DNA from: the human T2T-CHM13v2.0 reference genome, Homo sapiens
DNA: 64,000 bases
Direction: 5' to 3' (one strand)
NCBI RefSeq assembly: GCF_009914755.1
Contig: NC_060931.1
Below, piece after piece: positions 53,933 to 64,000 of this stretch. A program made the translations under genes and the position numbers. The notes beneath the pieces were generated by a model. That model was not told where the DNA came from, ran no database searches, and saw nothing but the letters and a program-made list of their open reading frames with translations. Position 1 is the first letter of the stretch, and every line of letters starts with the position of its first letter.

Positions 53933-54307
53933 TGATATGGTTTGACTGTGTGTCCTCACCCAAATCTCATCTTGAATTGTAGTTCCTATAATCCCCACAT
54001 GTTGTGGGAGGCACCAGCTGTAGATAATTGAACCAAAGGGGCAGTTTCCCCCACCCTGTTCTCATGATAGTGAGTTCACACCAGATCTGATGTTTTTACA
54101 AAGGGCTTTCTCCTTCACTGGGCACTCATTCTTCTTCTCCCTGATGCCATGTGAAGAAGTAGATGTTTGCTTCCCCTTCCACCATGATTGTAAGTTTCCT
54201 GAGGCCTCCCAGTCATGCTGCACTGTGAGTCAAATAAACCTCTTTCCTTTATAAATTACCCAGTCTCAGGTATGTCTTTATTAGCAGTGGGAGAACGGAC
54301 GAATACA
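53933..54307 (+). mobile_element. THE1 MaLR solo LTR
   Basis: TGATATGGTTTGACTGTGTGTCCTCACCCAAATCTCATCTTGAATTGTAG ... GGACGAATACA; TSD GACTT/AACTT. Confidence 0.92.
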
Positions 54308-54380
54308 AACTTCTAGTACGTCTCGTCGTTAAAGTCTGTAACAGGTAATGCTTTACTATGATTACAATGTTAAAAATATG

Positions 54381-54685
54381 GCAGTTGGGCACAGTGGCTC
54401 ATGCCTGTAATCCCAACACTTTGGGAGGCTGACACAGGAGGATCACTTGAACCTAGGATCTCAAGACCAGACTGGGAAACACAGTGAGACCTCAGTCTCT
54501 ACATCTCTACAAAAAATAAACAAAATTAGCCCGATGTGATGGCCCATGCTTGTAGTCTCAGCTCCTCAGGAAGCCAAGGTGGCAGGATTGCTTGAGCCTG
54601 AAAGGTCCATGCTGTAGTGAGCTGTGATATCACCACTGCACTCCAGCTCGGGCAACAGAGTGAGACGCTGTCTCAAAAACAAACA

Positions 54686-54728
<43 letters not shown>

Positions 54729-54880
54729 AAAGACAGAGAGAGAGTGGTAGCAGAGAAGCTGAGAAGCAGGGTGCAGTGGTATGCACCTGTAATCTTGGCT
54801 ACTTAGAAGACTGAAACAAGAGGATCGCTTGATCCAGAAGCTTGAGACCAGTCTGGGCAACATAGTGAGACCCCCCCCGC
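54381..54880 (+). mobile_element. AluJ (54381-54690) with (TA)n tail, plus monomer
   Basis: Alu motifs; (AT)18 at ~54691-54726. Confidence 0.85.
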
Positions 54881-54981
54881 CCGCCATCGCCAAATATACA
54901 TATATTGATACATTTATATAGCAAAGAGACACTATTCTCACGAGATTACTTTTCAGGCTAAAGAGGAGTAGAAATACATAT

Positions 54982-55558
54982 GGTTACAGTCTTGCCAATG
55001 CGCCACAATGTAGCAATCTCTCCTTGTGAGGTATCACCTGGAGTTCTTTGTCTCACAAGCAAGAGAATTAAGGAGCTTGAACATAAAGGGTCAGGTTGGA
55101 GCAAAAGTTTAATAAGCAAAAGAAGAAGCCTCTCTGCAGTGGAGAGGGAGCCCAAAAGAGGGTTGCCGTTTTTACAGTTGAATGCAAAGGCTTTTATCAG
55201 AAACTGATGGGGGCAGGGCATCTCATTTGCATAAGATGCAAATTTCTGGTAGCTCCACACCAACCTCCTAATGCACCTGTGAGCCCTTAGCTTGAGTTAC
55301 TCCATATTGCTTTGTTCCCCTTACTGCACATGTGTCAGCAGACAGAATTTTCCATTGCAGACACGTCTAGGCAAGTCAGCTGTGTAGTCTTTCTTATCTG
55401 TGTGGCTGTGGGCATGTCTTAGGCAAGTCCCCCCTGTGCAAGTTCCCTTATCTGTGCCTGCTGCTTGATTTTTCAGGCTGTTCTTTTGTTTGAAAGAATT
55501 CAGCTGAGGACCCACCCTAACTGCCTGCCTGACCGGTTTATTCCTTTCTCCTCTCTCA
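54982..55558 (-). mobile_element. MER61-family ERV1 solo LTR
   Basis: Reverse strand TGAGAGAGGAGAAAGGAATAAACCGGTCAGGCAGGCAGTTAGGGTGGGTCC ... GACTGTAACC; TSD ATAT; p53-type decamers. Confidence 0.8.
55359..55430. promoter_or_regulatory. Candidate p53 response elements within MER61
   Basis: GGGCATGTCT-T-AGGCAAGTCC (55410-55430, both halves fit RRRCWWGYYY); degenerate AGACACGTCT-AGGCAAGTCA (55359-55378). Confidence 0.55.
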
Positions 55559-55797
55559 ATATGATCATAGAGCTATGCACTGGTATTATCTCTTTAAAAA
55601 TCATTTGAATAATACAGAAAAATGTTCAGGGTTGGTAATGATTTTTTCTCCTAATTCTGAAGGCTTTTCCCCATTGTCTCTAGCTTTCTGTGTGGCTGTT
55701 CAGAAGTTTGGTTTCATTCTGATTCTTAGTTCTATATCTATGACCTGGTTTGTTTGTTTGTTTGTTTGTTTGTTTTTCCTTCCTTTAGAAGCTTTTA

Positions 55798-57525
<1,728 letters not shown>

Positions 57526-57672
57526 AGAAAGGAAGGAAGGGAGGAAGGGAGGGAGGGAGGAAAGAAAGAAGAAAGGGAGGAAGGGAGGGAGGAAGGAAGG
57601 GAAGAAGGGAAGGAGGGAGAGAGGGAGGGAGGAAGGGAAGGAGGGAGAGAGGGAGGGAAGAAGGGAAGGAAG
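57526..57672 (+). repeat. (GGAA/GGGA)n purine-only tract
   Basis: ~145 nt of only G and A directly after an Alu tail. Confidence 0.95.
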
Positions 57673-57882
57673 GATTGATTCTGAATTCGTTATATATTGT
57701 GGGAAATGGATCATATCCCCAAAAAGAGCTTCCTCTAGTTTCAATCTAAAGAAAGAAGAAATTATTACCAAGTTCACTTGACTCTAATCTTTTTGTTGTT
57801 GTTATCAAATATGGGATATTCAGTCTTGAATTAAATGATGTGCTGTCAACAATCCAGTCTATGTCATGTAGCACGATCAGTG

Positions 57883-58211
57883 TGAGGCAGGAAAATAGCG
57901 TCTGGAGGCAGGAAATATAAGGCCAATTCCCACTTCAGCTATGACAGGAAATATCCTCTCCATAGGGTGTAGGCTGAGTAAATAACTTTGTCATTCTCTT
58001 CATTTACATAAGGCATATTCCAAGTACAGGGTATATAAACTCCAAAAATTCTGTAACAAGACGCTTGAGCCCCTATGCTTGACCCACTCCCACACTGTGG
58101 AGTGTACTTTCATATTCATTAAATCCCTTCATTCCTTCCTTGCTTCGTTTGTGAGTTTGTCCAATTCTTTGTTCAAGACACCAAGAACCTGGACACCTGC
58201 CACCGGTGACA
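57883..58211 (+). mobile_element. MER51B-like ERV1 solo LTR
   Basis: TGAGGCAGGAAAATAGCGTCTGGAGGCAGG ... CCACCGGTGACA; TATATAAA and ATTAAA present; perfect TSD AGTG. Confidence 0.85.
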
Positions 58212-59068
58212 AGTGTAGTGCTTTTTTGGCAGTTTTTCCTCCAGCATGAAGGGATGACCAGGCCTGAACATCATTTCAGCAATGTTCGGTGCCACTGATT
58301 TTCTGTGAGTAACCAACACAATAAAGGATTTAACTATGGACAACGCCCAAGAGTAAGCAGAAGCAATTGCATGGGGCAGTCTGAGTCTAGGAAACAAGCA
58401 TTTCTCTACATGAGAGTCTCAAGGGAAGAATATTTAGATATACAATTCTGTCTGCATTAAGACAAAAGTTATAGAACCCTGAAGAGCACTTTAGCCCTTA
58501 GACCACACCTTCACTTTAGAAAGTGTCTTCATTCACATTTGCACAACTAAAGCAAAATGAGAATGGTTTTCTTAGAACTCAGAGATGGTTGACCTCCATG
58601 TAAATCAAGGCTTTCCCTCTAGCAGGCCGAGACTTGTTTGCATATTTTAAATGACAATTGTTTTCTATTTTCAGTGTCTACTCTCAGTGGAGCCCAGTCT
58701 TAATATAGGTTACCCTCTCACACATCAAAACCAACTCTTTTTCTCTCCTTAATACCATCCCAAGGCTCTGGTCTACATCCTTGGCACTAGAATACAAAGA
58801 GAAATCAACACAAATGCTGTCTCTGGGAAGCCCATACTTGTGTTGGGGAGAGAGATACAATTGTATATACAATTAACTATAATAAAAATAAGAATGAGTC
58901 AAAATACAGTTACAACCTAATTCTAGAGGTCCTCAAAGGTAGAATTAATGGTGATGACCCAGACTAGTGACATAAAGATCATGAGTTAATATTTTAGCAA
59001 CCATTAGCATCTGCATGCCACCTGCCATGACTGCTTTCTCAATAGTATGCACATATGCAGTGAACAGG

Positions 59069-59569
59069 TGTTATAAATAAAGTTTCATTGCCGCAAAAGA
59101 AATAGCACTCAAATATAAAATTTTTCTGCTCAGCAAGGCAATATTCTTCTATAGAAGGGTGCGCCTTCACAGATGGAGCAATGGTGAGCGCACGCCTGGA
59201 CAAGGGAGGGGAAGGGGGTCTTATTCCTGACGTGCGTGGCCTCTGCTGCTGTGTCCTTCCCCTATTGGCTAGGGTTAGACTGCACAGGCTAAACTAATTC
59301 CGATTGGCTAATTTAAAGAGGGTGACAGGGTGAGTGATTTGGCAGGAAAAATGGTTATGGCAGAGCAGGAAATAGAAATGAGTTGGGCTGGAGGATGAGC
59401 AGGTAATCGGAATGAGTCAGGGTGAAGCAGGTAATTGGAATGAGTCAGGGTAGAGCACGTGATCGAAAAAGGTTGCTTTATGAGGAAGTTAAGTTTAAAA
59501 GTAGAAGGCAAAGAATTGAACATACTGACATTGATTCTCTGAAGAGAAATTTAGAACTCATATCTAACA
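59069..59569 (-). mobile_element. LTR10F/LTR10A-type solo LTR
   Basis: Reverse strand TGTTAGATATGAGTTCTAAATTTCTCTTC ... TTTATAACA; TGAGTCA at 59413-59419 and 59441-59447. Confidence 0.92.
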
Positions 59570-60126
59570 ATGGTATGCTTGTATACACTTAGAATTTTGC
59601 ATTAAGTCCATGTATTTCTATTCAAAAAAATGCAATTTCATTTTTAAAAATCACAATTAGGTTTTTTAAATAGAACTTGAAAAACTAATTGCAAAGTGTA
59701 TTTGGAATAGTAAACATTCAAGACCAGTCTAAATAATCTGAAAAGAGAAATACAACAGAGTAGATGTAGCCTCTTAGACTGAAATACTATATAATAAAGA
59801 TGCATAAATTAGAAGTGTATTTAAGAATAGACAAATCAATAAATAAAAGGGAGACACATGCATATATGGAAATCTGATATAAACTACAGGTGGCATTTCA
59901 AATTACAGAGAAACAGATGAGCCATTTAATGAATGTGGTTGGTACCACTAGTCATCTATATGAAAGTAAGAACAAATTTGGTTTTCCTTCCCTTCCCCAC
60001 CTTCGGAAATAATAAAATGTTCATGTCACAGAGTTGTTATTATATTACATGATTGTGCAAAAGAATAAGGTATATTTATGTGCAAAAATATGAAGAAATC
60101 TTCAGACTGTAAAGTAAAAGGGGTAA

Positions 60127-60687
<561 letters not shown>

Positions 60688-61046
60688 TAGTGGTTAAATT
60701 TAAAAATAAATAATACTGTGAAACAGTCACACGGAAAGTATTATAAAAATTCTAAATCTCTAAATAAATATATGGTTATTTAATAAATCAAGCAGTTCAA
60801 TTGGCTTTTTTTAATTAAAAAATGTTTTTCCTTTTTTTTTTCTTTTTATTTTCTAGAAGTCGTAGCTTTGAAGGGTAAAAAAATGTTTTTTCTTAAAGAT
60901 GCAGGTTTTTGCTATGTTGCCTAGACTGGTCAAGTACTACTGGGCTCAAGGGATCCTCCCACATCAACAAACAGGTACCTGTCACCCTGCCTGGCTCTCA
61001 ACTAGGTTTTTGGAAAAGTTTTCTACCTGCTAGTCTTGGGGTGGGG

Positions 61047-61200
61047 CAGTGGTTCTCAAAATGTGGTGTGAGAAACCCTAATGGTCCCTGATGCCATTTC
61101 AGGGGGTCTGTGAGGTCAAAACTATTTTTAAAATAATACTGATATGTTATCTGTATTTTCCTCCCATTCTTTAATGAGTTTACAGTAGATTTTCCAGGAG
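61047..61200 (+). mobile_element. hAT-Charlie DNA transposon fragment
   Basis: CAGTGGTTCTCAAAATGTGGT terminal repeat; TTCAGGGGGTCTGTGAGGTCAAAACTATTTT. Confidence 0.65.
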
Positions 61201-61531
61201 AGAAAGAGGGTCATGAAGTTAATGAGATAGATGGGACTATGGGAAGTAGCAAGATTTTTCACTGTCTAGCTTTCTTGTTGTATTTTAATCTTTAAACCGT
61301 AAGAATGTGTTACCTATTAAAATATATACATTAGAAAATCTTCAAGATGAATACTTGTATAATCTCTGGGTATGCGAGGTGTTCCGGTTGCCTTGAATGA
61401 TGGAGAAGTGGAGCTGTGGCCCCACCCAGGTCTACGTTATATGACGGAGAAGTAAACTTGATATTATTTGAGCCACGGAAATTGTCATATCGTTCTAACT
61501 CATAACTAAACTAATAGAGGCTTAAATGTCT

Positions 61532-61844
61532 CTTCTTCTTCTTTTTTTTTTTTTTTTTTTTTTGAGAGAGAGTCTTATTCTGGGGCCCATGTTGGAGTGC
61601 AGTGGTGCAATCTCAGCTCATTGCAACCTCCAACTCCTGAGTTCAAGTGATTCTCATGACTCAGCCTCCTGAGTAGCTGGGACTACAGGTGTGTGCCATC
61701 ACACCTGGCTAATTTTTGTAGTTTTAGTGGAGAAAAGGTTTCGTCATGTTGGCCAGGCTGGTCTCGAACTCCTGGCCTCAGGTGATCCACTTGCCTCGGC
61801 CTCCCAAAGTGCTGGGATTGGAGGCATGAGCCACTGCACCAGCC
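61532..61844 (-). mobile_element. AluS
   Basis: TSD AAATGTCTCTT. Confidence 0.93.
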
Positions 61845-61938
61845 AAATGTCTCTTAATACAGCTCCTCTCCAACCAGTTATGTTATAGAATAATAAACCA
61901 GCATTCAAATAGATTTTATAAATCTATAGATGTCCATA

Positions 61939-62231
61939 TGTATTACTGGGTTCCTTTATCTACTTGCGGTGCTATAACAAAGTACCATAGACTGGGTGAC
62001 TTAAACAACAGAAATATCTCTGTTCTGAAGGCTGGGAAGTCCCAGGTTCTAGCCAGTTCCATTCCTGGGGAAGACACTGTTCCTGGCTTGCAGACAGCTG
62101 TCTTCTCCCTAGGCTCTTACATGGCCTTATTATTTATCTATTTACTTATTTATTTAGTGTGTGCCTGTGGAAGACAGACCATAGCTCTCTTTCTGTTCTT
62201 ATGAGGATACCAATTCTATCGGATCAGGGCT
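61939..62231 (-). mobile_element. MLT1-type MaLR LTR portion
   Basis: GCTATAACAAAGTACCATAGACTGGGTGACTTAAACAACAGAAAT...CTGGGAAGTCC. Confidence 0.8.
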
Positions 62232-62530
62232 TGTGATAAGATAAATATATATTTGATCTTTGTCCCAGTTTCTGACACAGAACCCCTAAAGTTCTTGTAA
62301 TTTCCTGAGTGATAAGTGTGCTAGGAGTACCTTTTGTTCTAATATTTGGTCTTTGACCCTGGTTGCAGACACAAGAATTTCTAAAACTCTTGGAGTTTCT
62401 TCAGGGATGGGGAATGGGGATGGGCAGTGCCTTTTGTTATTCATAATAAGAACCTTTTAACCATAGAAGATTTGTGGTAATGATGTGACTCTTGCAAGGT
62501 GGAATCTGGTAACCAGAAAGACAAACACTT
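62232..62530 (+). mobile_element. MER21-like LTR 5' portion, followed by AluS (62531-62838)
   Basis: TGTGATAAG..AAATATATATTTG.TCTTTGTCCC.GTTTC; GGTAACCAGAAAGAC; Alu TSD AC.AACACTT. Confidence 0.7.
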
Positions 62531-62850
62531 GGCCGGGCACAGTGGCTCACGCCTGTAAACCCAGCACTATGGGAGGCTGAGGCGGGTGGAGGTCAGGAGT
62601 TCAAGACCAGCCTGACCAAGATGGTGAAACCCTGTCTCTACTAAAAATACAAAAATGAGCCAGGTATGATGGTGGGCACCTGTAATCCCATCTACTTGGG
62701 AGCCTGAGGCATAGAATTGCTTGAACCCAGGAGGCGGAGGTTGCAGTGAGTCGAGATCACACCACTGCACTCCAGCCTGGGCGACAGCAACAGAACGAGA
62801 CTCCATCTCAAAAAAAAAAAAAAAAAAAAAAAAAAAAACAACCAACACTT

Positions 62851-63337
62851 TGTTATAAATAAAGTTTTGTTGCTGCAAAAGAAATAGCACTCGAATATAA
62901 AATTTTCTTTTTAATTCTCAGCAAGGCAAGTTACTTCTATAGAAGGGTGAGCCCTTACAGATGGAGCAATGGTGAGCGCACACTTGGACAAGGGAGGGGA
63001 AGGGGTTCTTATCCCTGGCACATGTGGCCCCTGCTGCTGTGTCATTCCCCTATTGGCTGGGGTTAGACTGCACAGGCTAAACTAATTCTGATTGGCTAAT
63101 TTAAAGAGTGTGATGGGGAGAGTGGTTTGGCGGGAAAAATGGTTATGACAGAGCAGATAATCAGAATGAGTCAGGGTAGAGTAGGAAATCAGAGTGAGTC
63201 AGGGTGGAGAAGAGTCAGGGTGGAGTAGGTAATCGGAAAAGGTTGCTTTACGTGGAAGTTAAGTTTAAAAGCAGAAGGCAAAGAATTGAACATACATATT
63301 AATTCTTTGAAGAGAAATTTATAACTCATATTTAATA
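62851..63337 (-). mobile_element. 3' LTR (LTR10F-type) of a HERV-IP10 provirus
   Basis: Homologous to 59069-59569; preceded on the minus strand by polypurine tract AAGAGGAGGAAGT (63338-63350); TGAGTCA at 63167-63173 and 63195-63201. Confidence 0.92.
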
Positions 63338-63441
63338 ACTTCCTCCTCTTGCATTTTTCCTTATAGCTTTTTCTTTAACTCCTTTAACATGTCTTGGCTT
63401 AGTTGTTCTGCCTGATTTTCCAAAAGAAGGAGCTTCTCTGG

Positions 63442-64000
63442 TTAAGGTGGAGAATAGTTAAGGGAGATCTTAGTAAGTACCACTTCTGTGAGCCTCGGCA
63501 CCAACCCATGGATGCATGATATGACACAGCACCCGACAAGATTAAGTACACCTATTACGGCTACGAGGGAGGTAAGAATCGAGGTTATTACTCCTTTCCA
63601 TTTACCAAACCACTTTTCTAGCCATCCTGTAAAGGGGTCATTTACCCCCGAGTTGCTGGCTAATTCATTGGATAGAGCAGTCAGTCCTTTCAATGCCTTT
63701 GTTATACTTCCATTAGGGGCGGTGTTGAAGGTGCAACATTGAGTTTTAATCATGACGTAAACTCCTCCTCTTTTTGCTAATATCATGTCTAAGGCTATCC
63801 TATTTTCTCAAGCCATCTGGCTAGTAGCCCCTAACTGCTCAGCTATTCCTTTAACAGCATCTCTAGTGTAGTTAATAAATCGCTGTGGGTTGTAATAGAT
63901 GTAGTTTATCCAATCTACATTTTTATTAATTGTCACCCACCAAAATATTGAATCAAATCCTGCAGCTATTTCATTTCGGGCTTTAAATTGATCTGGTATT
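63442..64000 (-). pseudogene. Decayed HERV-IP10 / envP(b)-like env (TM subunit), continuing beyond the window
   Basis: Reverse strand reads IPDQFKARNEIAAGFDSIFWWVTINKNVDWINYIYYNPQRFINYTRDAVKGIAEQLGATSQMA*ENRIALDMILAKRGGVYVMIKTQCCTF...; immunosuppressive-domain-like ENRIALDMIL and transmembrane ILTSLVAVIGVLNLVGCCV; in-frame TGA at 63808-63810. Confidence 0.9.

Noticed and set aside
63442-63786. 114-aa ORF as a functional envelope or syncytin-like gene
   Set aside because: Upstream in-frame stop, broken CX6CC motif and no signal peptide; treated as an env pseudogene.

Overview
This is hominoid (most likely human or other great ape) intergenic or intronic DNA, not prokaryotic. It carries roughly 90-100 Alu copies or fragments, a 5'-truncated SVA, old L1 pieces, hAT DNA-transposon relics, and many MaLR and ERV1 solo LTRs. 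I find no intact protein-coding gene; nearly all ORFs in the supplied track are Alu, L1 or LTR read-throughs. Non-repeat-derived features are a full-length, frameshifted prothymosin-alpha (PTMA) processed pseudogene on the minus strand (~26629-28349) and a Y4 RNA retropseudogene (39160-39270). An LTR10F-type solo LTR splits the PTMA 3'UTR in antisense orientation. The window ends in the 3' LTR, polypurine tract and decayed env of a HERV-IP10-type provirus. The most interesting signals are: (i) the LTR10/PTMA-retrocopy unit, a possible AP-1-driven antisense RNA source that also keeps a 51-codon thymosin-alpha-1-like ORF and shows an AT-to-GC substitution bias; (ii) three clear local template-switch or repair scars (a perfect 51-bp inverted repeat inside an L1, a ~96-bp copy of nearby unique DNA pasted into an Alu, and an 81-bp homogenised tract between inverted Alus); (iii) a cluster of LTRs carrying AP-1 and p53 motifs. 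Repeat subfamily names come from remembered consensus sequences and need Dfam/RepeatMasker confirmation. I see no evidence of a new multi-gene system, and all functional ideas below are hypotheses.
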